A stretch of 63,239 bases of DNA, counting the filler, from Reticulomyxa filosa (Eukaryota > Protista > Foraminifera): NCBI GenBank assembly GCA_000512085.1. It is 16 parts of 16 records of this genome, joined end to end, with 100 filler letters (N's around TTAATTAATTAA, not from the genome) between each part and the next. Parts side by side here need not be neighbours in the genome. Positions count along the whole stretch, not along the records: positions 51,541 to 54,689 come from ASPP01004777.1; positions 54,790 to 56,722 come from ASPP01029593.1; positions 56,823 to 58,238 come from ASPP01044614.1; positions 58,339 to 60,288 come from ASPP01007481.1; positions 60,389 to 61,388 come from ASPP01046884.1; positions 61,489 to 63,239 come from ASPP01024531.1; 10 more parts are not named here. One strand, written 5' to 3'. A program made the position numbers and the translations under genes. This document shows, one piece after another, positions 52,324 through 63,239 of this stretch (its first letter is position 1; each line of letters begins with the position of its first letter). A model generated the notes under the pieces. That model made no database searches and was not told the origin of the DNA. It was given only the letters and a program-made list of their open reading frames with translations.

Positions 52324-53555
52324 ATGAATGAGAGCCAAGATACGAGTGATTCTTCTTTTGATACTGACGAATATGAAGATGATTCAAATAACAAAGATGC
52401 CATGACATCACAGTTGGTTAAGTTTTCCTGTCGTTACGTCTTAAAAGGTAAGTTTGATTACTGCAATATCAAATGTAATGTGTTAACTAAACACAGGTAG
52501 CAAAAGAAGCCCGATTAATTATTCAAAATTGGATTCGAATTTCGAATATTAAAATAGGATGGATTAATGAATTTGACGAAATTGTGTATAGATATGTTAA
52601 GCTTATTTGTTTCATTATTTATTTTTTTATTTTCGCTTGCAATAAGCTAGTAACGAAATTAAAACTGTAGGCTAAACAATTTAAATTGTTGCAGCTTTTA
52701 CAAGGTTATAATGACGCAATAAGACGTTTAAGATTTTCGCCTGATGGCAGCAAGATTGTTTCATCTTCAAAAGATAAAATAGTTCGAATATGGGATATTG
52801 CATCCAGAAAACAAATTCAAAGTTGCGAAGGCCATACCAATTATGTATATGGCGTAGCATTTTCACCAGATGGATATACTATTGTGTCATGTTCATGGGA
52901 TGAAACAATTCGATTATGGGATGTCGAATCAGGAATGGAATTGATGAAATTAGGAGGATGTCTAGGTTTTGTATTAGATGTAAGCTTTTCACCAGATGGT
53001 GCTAGCATTGTGTCAGCTTCATCTAACAATATGATTCAATTATGGGATGCACATTCCGGAAAAGAGATACACAAATTCATAAGTCATTCATATATTGTAA
53101 GCAGTGCACAATTTTCATCAGATGGTACAATGATTGTATCATCATCTCATGACAAAACCATTGATATATGGAATGTGAAATCAGGCGAAAGATTGAAACA
53201 ATTAATTGGACATTCGGATTACATAAATTATGCAGAATTTTCTCCAGATTGCAAATTTGTCGCTTCATGTTCACGTGATAAAACAATTCGAATATGGCAT
53301 GTCCAATCAGAAAAACAGGTGAAACTATTCAGAGAGCATGCAGATGTTGTGAATGATGTAAGATATTTTCCGCATGGTCAAACTATTGTGTCTAGTTCAA
53401 ATGATGGAACAATTCGCCTATGGGATGTAAATTCAGGGTATGAAATACAGAGATTGGAAGGGCATACTTCAAACGCGAACTGTGTTGATATTTCACCTGA
53501 TGGTAACACAGTTGTTACAGGTTTTATTGACAAGACTATAGGCATTTGGGGATAA
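52324..53555 (+). CDS. WD40-repeat protein (7 repeats), paralog of 41086-42147
   Basis: Same module IIQNWIRISNIKIGWINEFDEIVYRY|AKQFKLL with the same intron position; 7 WD repeats ending IGIWG*. Confidence 0.9.
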
Positions 53556-56419
53556 TGAATTTACATAATAAATAATCATTTTTAACAATAGAACATTTGC
53601 GTTCACTGAAATTTTTACAAAAAAAAGTTCAGTGTGCTCCGTACAATGTGATATACAAAATATAAACAGACCTTTAAGCTTTTCTACATTTTTTTTTTTT
53701 TTGTATACTCGAAGTTGTTTTATAAAATATTTTGTTCAAAATTGTTTGCATAAAGGTGAATTATATCTTTAGTTGATATCAAATTGATTTTTCGTTCAAC
53801 GAAATCATTTTATGTAATTCAAATTCAGTACTGTGGGACGTCTGCTTCTAACAGTCCACACTAACTGCAATACGAGAGGTTTGCTACTTAAAGAAAGTGT
53901 AAATTCCGTGAAACGAAATCAAATTAAATAAGTAAAACGTAAATTGAGAATAAATGAAAGGAAAGAGACAAAGGAGAAAGAAGTAAGCTTTGAAGAAAGT
54001 TTAGCATACTGTAGATTCCTCAGTTCCATTTACGTTCAAGTATTTATAGTAGGGACTTGTCCTACAATACAATACAGTTGAACAAGAAGAAAAACAGATA
54101 AAACAGAAACTATTGCGAATTGGTTTTATGAATGACAAAATTATTAATTGTGCTGTCCAAGATGAAGCAAAATCAAGTGTGCAATTAACAAAAAATCATA
54201 AAACAAAATTAACAAATCGTGATAGCAACGAATATGTACACGCAAACGCAAAAGACGAATAAAAAAAATGAAACTAAAATGAAAATTCTAAAGAAAAAAA
54301 GACAAAAATGCAGAATATAAAAATCAAAATAGAACGAACATAGAAAAGGATATATTTCATTCTTTGGAAAAAGAACATTAAAGACAAAACTAAAACCAAA
54401 CGAAGAATCCAAAAAGTCTGCCACCCATTGAAGTGGTTATGTTAAAAGTTATCTTTTTAGTTTTTCCTTTGTTTGATCTGAGGTTTTTTGTATCCATTTT
54501 TACTGTGTTACATTAATACACTGCAGCAATTGATAACACAAATTTCATTTAGCAGTAATAATTCTTTAATATCGTGTCGCATGAGTTCTGTCAAAGTATT
54601 TTGAACAGTTAATTGATAATTATTAAATGTATAGTACAAGAAATCAACCAACACTGATAATTCCAAAGTAATATTATGATATAATAATTNNNNNNNNNNN
54701 NNNNNNNNNNNNNNNNNNNNNNNNNNNNNNNNNTTAATTAATTAANNNNNNNNNNNNNNNNNNNNNNNNNNNNNNNNNNNNNNNNNNNNATGTCAAATAT
54801 ACAATAAATTAGATTCTAAATATTTTAAACAAATCAAATAATCCAATATGATAATGTAAATTTATTTTGTTCAATGCTTCATAATCGATTTATTAAATCG
54901 ATGGATAATTGAATAATTAGAATTCTTCAATTCATACTATTTTGTGTTTTCACTTTTCACTTCAGATATGTCTGCAAGTTTTGTTCTTCAGACGCTGTAA
55001 TTATGTTTTAATTAAAAATTTTGATGAATATGTTGTGCGTAAGTATGCGTGAAAAAAGAATAGTTAATTTTTTTATCTTCAAGTGGGAAGTTTGAATAAC
55101 ACAAAATTTCTCAAATGTTTTTGATTGATAGAATATTAAAGATGCGTTTCATCTTCTCCGCTTTTGTATTTTTTTTTCACAATAGAAAGTTATCCTCTTG
55201 TAGCTCATAAAGAAACTTTTCGACTGCAAAAAGGTTGTTCATTTGAAGGTAAAAGCCTCTTTAGCATTACATTAATGATAATATTAAATTTCATTTGTTT
55301 TTTTTTAGTTGAATGGACCAAGCAATGATTTTTCAAATGTAGACATAAGAGAATAACAGACAATGGTCATAATAATTTTTTATTGAAAAAAAAAAGTCAT
55401 AATAGCATCTTTGGACTCTTTTAACCACTTTCATACATTAAATTTCTTCGTCAATCCGGAAATATAAATTTTATCCTTGTAAACCTTGAAAACAATGAGT
55501 AAAACAAATGATTCAACATAAAAAAATAAAAAATCTGGAACTAGACCCTTTTTAAGGAACTGTTTAACTCATCATTATTTTTCAATTCAACACTAGGTTT
55601 TTATTTATTTATTGTTCAATTTATAATTATTGAGTTATTTTATCAAATCAATTGAAAATGTCTTACAATTGTTCAATGTTTTTTAGTTTCGAATCTTTAT
55701 GTTTGTCTGCTTACACTCGTAAAGGAACATAAGAAAAAAGTAATATTCATTCAATGATATCACAGTTTATTCATATCTAAAATGTAGAATGATGAGCAAT
55801 GTATTCATAAGAAAAGGATTTTTTTGTGATATTTTTACCATTAAAAAATAAAGGGAAAAAGGTTTGTAATTAGTTCGATGAGTAACAATAAGTATTGTCA
55901 TCAAAAACTGTCTAAGGAGATCACCAGTTAATTAAGTCCTTTTGATCGATTTTGTGCTGTCAAAAATTTCTCATGTTTCAGAAAGTTCGTTCCTTCTATT
56001 TTTTAAATCTTCTCTTCGGTCTTGGTCCAGTTGAACCAAAAAAAGTTCACCCGTTAAAAATAACAAATAAAAACATATTCAACAAAATCACACTGAACAC
56101 CAAATAAAATATAATTCATAATAAAATACGAAGACAAACTTAGACAACTGAAAAGGCTGGTTCCACTTTTGTCAACTCTGTTGAAAAAACAAGTGGCAGT
56201 GTTTATGCTTTTAATACTAATGTCTTGTACAATGTATTTGATATTTGTAAAAAAATTCTTGGTAACATCCTACTTTCATCAAATCAGTGAAAATAAAGTT
56301 CTACTTTTTGTAATTTCTAACAATATACTTCTTTTTTTAAATTATTGAATTGATAATAGTTTTTCATTAATTGCTGCACAAATAAGAATATTTTAATGAA
56401 ATTGAAAATTTGATTATGT

Positions 56420-56680
56420 TACTTCTGAATAATTTCCATCCTTTGTTGAAAAAAATTTGTGTCATTACAGTAGAAATGAAGAAGCGGTACAAATGAGACC
56501 AAAAGATATTAAAGGGGTATGTCCATCACCTAAAGAGGTTCACTGCTATCCGGCGAAGATATTACTGTAGTGGACAAGAAGGGGCCATATTTGAAAGAAT
56601 TGCTGGTGTGCTAAATATAGCTTATTTTATTTATTTTGGATGCCATATTCAAACAAAGCATGCTATTACAGCATATAATT
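56420..56680 (+). pseudogene. Possible degenerate mariner transposase fragment
   Basis: Frame-broken HPLLKKI.VIT, PSPK..AKILL, DKKGPYLKELL and LLQH.N resemble mariner motifs FLxRIVTGDE, KVMLxVWWDxxG..ELL and LLHDNA, in the correct order. Confidence 0.35.
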
Positions 56681-58444
56681 GTGGAAAACTTAGAAATTTC
56701 CTTTTCTTCAAAAACGTACTGGNNNNNNNNNNNNNNNNNNNNNNNNNNNNNNNNNNNNNNNNNNNNTTAATTAATTAANNNNNNNNNNNNNNNNNNNNNN
56801 NNNNNNNNNNNNNNNNNNNNNNTTTTTTATTTCAACACCTTTTTTTTTCTTATTTCTTTCTTTTTTTTTTCTTTCCCCCCTTTTATTATTACTTTTTCTT
56901 CACATCTTTTTTATTCATACTTTTTTTTCCAATTATTTTCTTTTTTTTTATCATATTTTTATCCACTTTCCCCTTTTTTTCCCATCTCCCATTCTCCAAT
57001 TTTTTTTTCAAAAAAAAACATTTGGGTCCTGGTGCATCTACATAATCACACCAAAAATGTCTTAAAAATTTTTAAGGTCAAAAAAAAAATACCTGATGTG
57101 TAGTTCACGCTCCCATTTCAAATTGTTTTCCTGTATTAAACACTCAAACTTTTTTTTTTGTTCATGTATAGAGGGAGGGGACATATAAAATACAAATATA
57201 ATTTATTTTTTTTGTGCGTGGGAATTCCTATTTGTTATACACATACACAATCACATTATTTTGATAAAACAAAAACATAAATATATACACACAACATACC
57301 GCTATTTTTTTTTTGAAAACCGGGTGGTCTTCGACCCCATTTTGTGTGTGTGGAGGGAAGGGACAAACAGGTAACGATTTTTTGTGGACGGGAGATTCCT
57401 ACACACAAGCACATATCATATTGATATTTTTATTTAAAAAAAAGATATATCAAACCTTTTTTGCTCCTTTCGGAGACGGAGGTGGATTCTACCCCGTTTT
57501 TGCTCGTCGTTGTGGTGTTGTCCTATGTTATTTTATACATTAAAAAAAAAATCATACATTGTTTTTGTGCATTTATTTCAAAACAAAAAGCATGTACATA
57601 TATACGTATGTTAAAAAAAGTTTAGATAACAATTGGCCGTGTCGTCTTGCTTTTGCCCGATTGGCCTTCTTTTTTTGTTGCGCAATGCGCCGTCGCTGTG
57701 ATAAGGCGGCCCTTTTTGCACTGCCATGAATGGGCCTTTTTTTGTGACGACATAATTCGTCACGCTCAACCATTGAGCAACGCGTCTATAATTGACGCAA
57801 TTTGATATAAGGACATGAGATATTGAACACCCACATCAGCCAATATTATTCACACTACCACCATATGGACCTTCCATTTTCCAATGCATCTAGGCACATT
57901 TGGATGCAAGCTGTCCGTTGCTCTGACTTGTGTAATTCCATTATCTTAATCGGCCATACAATCATTGCACTTGACAATATCAGCTTGCCTTCCATCAACT
58001 TTGCCAATCATCCCATTGTTTGTGCTTGCATTGTCTTGCCACATATGTCACCATCGTGGCCTTGACTTGAGCAAAGCATTCACTCTGAGAGTCTCGGCGT
58101 GTTGTCTATTGTTTTTTTTAAAAAAATTTTAAAATTAAAACATAATGCAATTTTGTGTTGTCAAAGTTTTATGGCTCCATCTTTTTTTTTTTTTAAATTG
58201 AAAGAAAGACATAATGAATTTACTGGATTGCAATGTCANNNNNNNNNNNNNNNNNNNNNNNNNNNNNNNNNNNNNNNNNNNNTTAATTAATTAANNNNNN
58301 NNNNNNNNNNNNNNNNNNNNNNNNNNNNNNNNNNNNNNAAAAAAAAAAAAAAAAAAAAAAATGTGAGTTAATGATCACGTCCTGTCATTCCCACAAACAA
58401 ATAAACAACAAAAAAAAAGTAAAATACGCTTGTTTGAAATGACA

Positions 58445-59271
58445 CACCTCGACACGGCCGTTCCAATGAACGTGAATAAACTGCCCACGGTTTGTTGCGA
58501 TCACAAATGTGTCTGGTGTCAAATGACACACTCTATATTTTTATGAGCAAATGGTGGAAACAAATAAACATTGGAAAAACCAAAACTATCAAAAAAAAAA
58601 AAATAATAATAATAATAATAGTAGTCAATGATAATGACAATAATAAAAGCAAAATCAAAATCAATTGACAAAGTATAAATAAATAAAAAAGAAGGCCGAC
58701 AGGATTCGACAAGATGATTGCACACCTGGCTACTGTTGATAAAGGTGGCAGTTTTGTAATGTGAAAAAATTGTTTGGGTAATATTTTGATTTTTGAGATT
58801 TTAGGAATCAATGATTCTTGTTGAGAGGTTGTGCACTCGTCATTACAATCAATTAATTGTTCATCCATTTCTTCAATTGAATATAAATACACACATAAAC
58901 GAGTTGTCTATTTTATTTTTTTTTTATTTTTTTTTTGAAAATTGAAAGAGTCCATTTTGTCATAGCTTTTTTTTAAGAAACAAATGAATAAATTTAAAAA
59001 AAAACAAAAAACAAAAAAACAGTTAGATTACCACCACAGCTATTTGAGACGACGTCGGGGCCCACAATATAAACCGATTTTCTCCATATTTCAGTAAATC
59101 CATTCGCGTCAGATAACCCAATAATAAACTTTGATGGGAAGAAAAGTTCCATATTGACACACGGTTCTTCGTCAACAGTGCCGTCCAAACTTTTGATGGA
59201 TTGGTTTCAATATCCACAACTTGAGATTGCTTCAAAGGCACTATTTTTGGCCATCCTGCAAAAAAAAGCAT
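58445..59271 (-). CDS. RIC1: RIC1 (Rab6 GEF subunit), 5' part
   Basis: MLFFAGWPK...RVSIW...YGEN..LWAPTSSQIAV matches the RIC1 N-terminus pattern (MYF.xGWPK..SIW..G....W.PDS..IAV). Confidence 0.75.
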
Positions 59272-59640
59272 GCCTTTTCTCTCGGATGGATTAAAAAGTT
59301 TTAAAATTAAATTTAATGTTCTGAAAGGTGCTCCAGAACTGTTGAAACTAGAAAAGCTGAGAGAGCAGTAAAAACTTCTTGAATAGCATCCTAAGCGCGT
59401 TTCATTTTATTTTTTCACGTTTTCAACAGCTAATTGCGCTATTAGATCTTTTAATTTCATTTTTTATCCGATAATGGATAGATGTGAATACTGTCTAAAA
59501 AGTTTGGTCTTCTTTACTGACAACACAATTTCTGCATTAATTACATTTCTCACAAGTGTTCGACAGAAGGACAAGGAAGAAAAAAAGACGTAAACAAGGA
59601 CAAACAATAAACAACAAACAGCTTTGTGATTGGAGGCATC

Positions 59641-60250
59641 ATGGCCACTCAAGATGGATCTCAGAGCACAGATTTGAAAAAACTTCGTCGAACCTCAAAT
59701 CAATTCAAATGTTTGTTGGAGGAAAATGTCGGACGCAAGATGATCGATTCGACAGCAATGCAACTGTTTCGCAATGAAAAAAGTGAAAGTGTGAAAGACA
59801 GTACCGAATATCGATACCAAATGATTGAGCAATATTTTATCCGGGGAGTAGAAGAGATACCACAATGGGACCTAATCGTGGACGAGTTTATCAGTTGTAT
59901 AATCAGCAATGCAAGTTCGGCTCCACAAAAGACAGAAGATGAAACAGCGTCAGCGCCAAAAGAGAGCAATGATATCCAAAAGCAAGTCGATCGAATCAAC
60001 AAAATGGATTTGGAGACAGAGATTATAGAATGGTTTAAAACAAGGCCCAGTGTAAATGATGACAAGTCTACAAATGGAGAAATGTGGGACCTGTTTTGTC
60101 AAGCAATCGGTTATACAGAGGCGGATGGGAAACAAGACCTGGTTTTGTTAATCGACATTATGAAAGAGATTTGTATCCGAATACTGCAAATCAGGTATTT
60201 GACCGATCAACAGCCGATGATTTATATCCCGCGCTTTGTAAACCCTCCAG
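59641..60250 (+). CDS. Hypothetical protein, 5' exon, divergent from RIC1
   Basis: About 200-aa open frame from MATQDG. Confidence 0.6.
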
Positions 60251-60388
60251 TTATTATTATCATATTTTATTTTATTTTATTTTATTTTNNNNNNNNNNNN
60301 NNNNNNNNNNNNNNNNNNNNNNNNNNNNNNNNTTAATTAATTAANNNNNNNNNNNNNNNNNNNNNNNNNNNNNNNNNNNNNNNNNNNN

Positions 60389-61388
60389 AATAATATTTCA
60401 CTCAACTTCTCCATTTTCAAACTTTTCATCTCGTCGAATAATCGTGTTAAAAAATCTTTTACGAATATATCCAGTGGGTGAATCAAAAGAACTAACTTTA
60501 TGATCATCATCAGGATCTCCAGGATTCCACACTTGATCAACACACCATCCCAATGTCAATGGTGCTCTGAGAGATGATAAACTTTTGTAGTTGATGGCCC
60601 ATTTGACTGATCCAAGCACGACACTTTCATGAGGATTGGATGGTTGGTACATTTTTATTGGTTTTTCTCGTTCACTAAGAAGTTTTTGTAATCTTGGAAC
60701 AATATAAGGACAATTTGAAAAACCTCCAGTTATTATCAATGCTCTTGGATTCACTCGTTCATGATCCAAAAGTTTTGAGACAAAATCGCAAATGTTATCT
60801 AATACTCGCTTATGCAGAAATAGCCATGTCTCATAAGACAACTCCAACATACTTCCATCCAGTTTTAGTTGACTAATTAAAAAAAAAAAACAACAACAAA
60901 AAAAGTTGGAGTGTGCACAATGTTTGTTTGTTTTTTTCCTGACTTTGGTTTATCATTAATCTTGGAATATGTTTGAAATTTTTCTTCAACCGCATTAACG
61001 CTTCCAAGCGTCGACTTTAAGTAACTTTTAAATTTCGTCACCACTTTTACATTCCACGACTCCTCGTCATGGAGCGTGTTCTTTGCACGCCAAAATTCAT
61101 TTCTTTGTTGGAGCCATGCTTGTGGATTACTTTGTTTTATTTATTTTATTTATTTAATGATGTTTGAATAAAATAAAATAAAATAAAAAAGTGCAATTTT
61201 TATTTAATTTGAAACTTTTCTTGAAAATCATGAATGACACTATCTCCAAAAATGTCTGAAAGCAAAGCCTCAAATGCTTGATCTACTGCTATGCCTCCAA
61301 TTTTCAATCCATCTCGATGATGAGTTTCAGACATTATTCCATCTTCCAAAAATTTTAAACAAGCAGCATCAATTGTACCTCCACCCAT
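60389..61388 (-). CDS. Atypical Hsp70 (HSPA12-like), internal fragment
   Basis: GGGTID, GGIAVDQAF, IITGGFSNCPY, P.ESVVLG. Confidence 0.8.
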
Positions 61389-61488
61389 NNNNNNNNNNNN
61401 NNNNNNNNNNNNNNNNNNNNNNNNNNNNNNNNTTAATTAATTAANNNNNNNNNNNNNNNNNNNNNNNNNNNNNNNNNNNNNNNNNNNN

Positions 61489-62130
61489 AAACATAAGAAA
61501 AAAGCCAAAGGATCCCCAAGTATGACAGAGAGCAAATATCTTCTCGTTCAATGTCCTTTGTTGAATCAAAGCAACTATCGTTATCTCAAGTAAAAGAATT
61601 ACCTTTACTTAATTCAGTTGCTCGAGATATGACAATATCTCAAGAGACACAAGTAACTCAAGTAATTCAATCACAAGAAGCATTGTGATTAATACCACAA
61701 CTAGAAATGCCTCCTACAAACACAAACATGCCAGTAATTCAAAGTAAGATAACCAATATACCGATCTATGAAAAAATATCATTGCATACTAAAGATTATC
61801 GCTCATTGATAGTTGGCATTGCACAAAATGATATTTATAAAGAACTTTATTTGAAATTAAAAAAAAAAGTTGAACAATTAGAACAAAGGATCCAAGATCA
61901 AGAATAGCGCAATCGAAAAGAATTTCGTGAACAAGAAGAAAGTCACAGAAAAGAAATTGAAACAATCACTGAAAAATATGAAAAGTATATAAATGATTTG
62001 GTTATAAAAATAACTAATGCTAATGCAATTTCATACAGACCAAAAAGAGAAGTATTAGTCAACTTAATGACATTAGCTTAGTTGGATCGAATGAACAAAA
62101 AATTATTGATTTATGTGACGATAGCGAAAA
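61489..62130 (+). pseudogene. Disrupted coiled-coil coding remnant
   Basis: Protein-like frame (KKVEQLEQRIQDQE*RNRKEFREQEE) interrupted by stops. Confidence 0.4.
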
Positions 62131-62438
62131 AAAACAAACACAAGGGGCGAATAACATTGCTTCATGTTTTTTTATTCTAATGAATAGTGTCGGCTCTGCT
62201 TGTACTTTCTTTAAGACTAGGCAAAACACTTTTTGTCATTATTTTTTTACTCTTAATATTGAATATTACTTCAGTTTGTCTGAACCTTACGTTACAATTA
62301 CTTATTTTTTACACTTTTAGCAATTTCTGTTTTCAATGCATTCACCAACATTATCAAATTTTGAAAAAATTGGAAAAAAGGAATAAAAAGTTAAAATCAA
62401 GCCATATTTAAAAACTACATGATTTGCAGCACCAAATA

Positions 62439-62520
62439 CAGTAGAATGCAAAAGAATGTTGACACCTAAAATGGCACCTATAGAGATGATCATGAATCTC
62501 ATGAAAAAGCAAGATTTGTT
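62439..62520 (+). mobile_element. Tc1/mariner-like TIR
   Basis: TA|CAGTAGAATGCAAAAGAATGTTGACACCTAAAATGGCACC. Confidence 0.7.
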
Positions 62521-63054
62521 AAACCTTTTGTTTTTTTATTCAGGTGTTTTTTGTTTGTTATTTTGTTAAAAATAAAAAAATAGCGAAACATTTGTTAACA
62601 TAAAGAGTTTGAAAAATAAAGCCAAAGTGATTATTGTTGAAAAAAAAATAATTATGACGTTGTCTTTGTTGCTTTTTATGTTTGTCATTGTGTTGTCTGT
62701 TTGTCAACGTAGTGACACTTGAATAAAGGCTGATTATACAAACGTAAAATAAAATCTTAGAATTACCACTTTGATAATCAATGCAAATTATAGACAAAAA
62801 AACTAACATAAAATAATTAAATTCAAAACTTTTTCGCGTTACTTCTTTTTCATTTTTAATTTTAGAGCTTATGTTGCAATCGCTGCTTTTCCATTGTTTT
62901 ACACTTATGGTAACTCCTATTTTTAAAAATCTGCAAACAGTCTTTGTTGCTCGATTTAATTACAAAAATTTTAAATTAAAAAAAATTTTAAAAAATTTTT
63001 TAAGCAAATATAAATAAAAATATTTAAAATACATTTTGAAAACGCTTCAAAAAA

Positions 63055-63239
63055 ATTGGCAAATTTCATAATTATGATACAGGCGCACTGTCAGCTCATT
63101 CCAAAATTTTACACGAATCAATAAAAATTCAAATTTTTTAAAAAAAGGAAAGATAAAATAAAAACCAAAAATATATTTAAAACTATGTAATTTGTAGATA
63201 TTTTTCTTAAAATAATTTCTATATCTTTTCCATTTGACA
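63055..63239 (-). mobile_element. Subterminal part of the same repeat family, in opposite orientation to 62439
   Basis: Similar to 2504-2690 (AAATTTC.TA....ATACAGG ... TAAAACTA...ATT.GTAGATATTTTT). Confidence 0.5.

Noticed and set aside
53827-54065. Short imperfect hairpins as a structured ncRNA
   Set aside because: Stems are too short to distinguish from chance; no tRNA, rRNA or snRNA signature seen anywhere in the window
57600-58100. GC-richer coding-like segment on the minus strand
   Set aside because: Stops in all frames and no recognisable motif; a low-quality contig or pseudogene that cannot be assigned
2404-61488. Regularly recurring TTAATTAATTAA palindrome as a biological repeat or CRISPR-like array
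   Set aside because: Always embedded in N44 pads; it is an artificial six-frame-stop contig linker

Overview
This is not a contiguous locus. It is 16 unrelated AT-rich eukaryotic contigs joined by an artificial 100-bp linker (N44-TTAATTAATTAA-N44), so adjacency is meaningful only within a contig. Genes have short GT-AG introns rich in A/T runs and microsatellites and use the standard code. Several single-base homopolymer frameshifts look like pyrosequencing errors. The gene families (expanded HEAT-repeat and WD40 families, a shared 'IIxxWxRI..GWIxDF' N-terminal module) suggest a Reticulomyxa-like foraminiferan/rhizarian protist; this is an inference from recalled family patterns. Recognisable genes: two HEAT-repeat paralogs, G-alpha, TM-RGS, a PH protein, a GNAT, a SIRT2-class sirtuin, VPS9, FYVE-CaaX, SDR, an SF1 helicase, two WD40 proteins, LRRC6/DNAAF11, a 2OG-Fe(II) oxygenase-like protein, RIC1 and HSPA12-like. 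There is also a TA-flanked Tc1/mariner-type TIR family. The best candidate for a novel system is an intronless, probably NACHT/NLR-type gene. It has HEAT repeats, ankyrin repeats and a C-terminal His...Asp/Asn...Gln-x5-Cys (CE-clan-like) protease domain, and a ~160-nt near-perfect hairpin lies immediately downstream.
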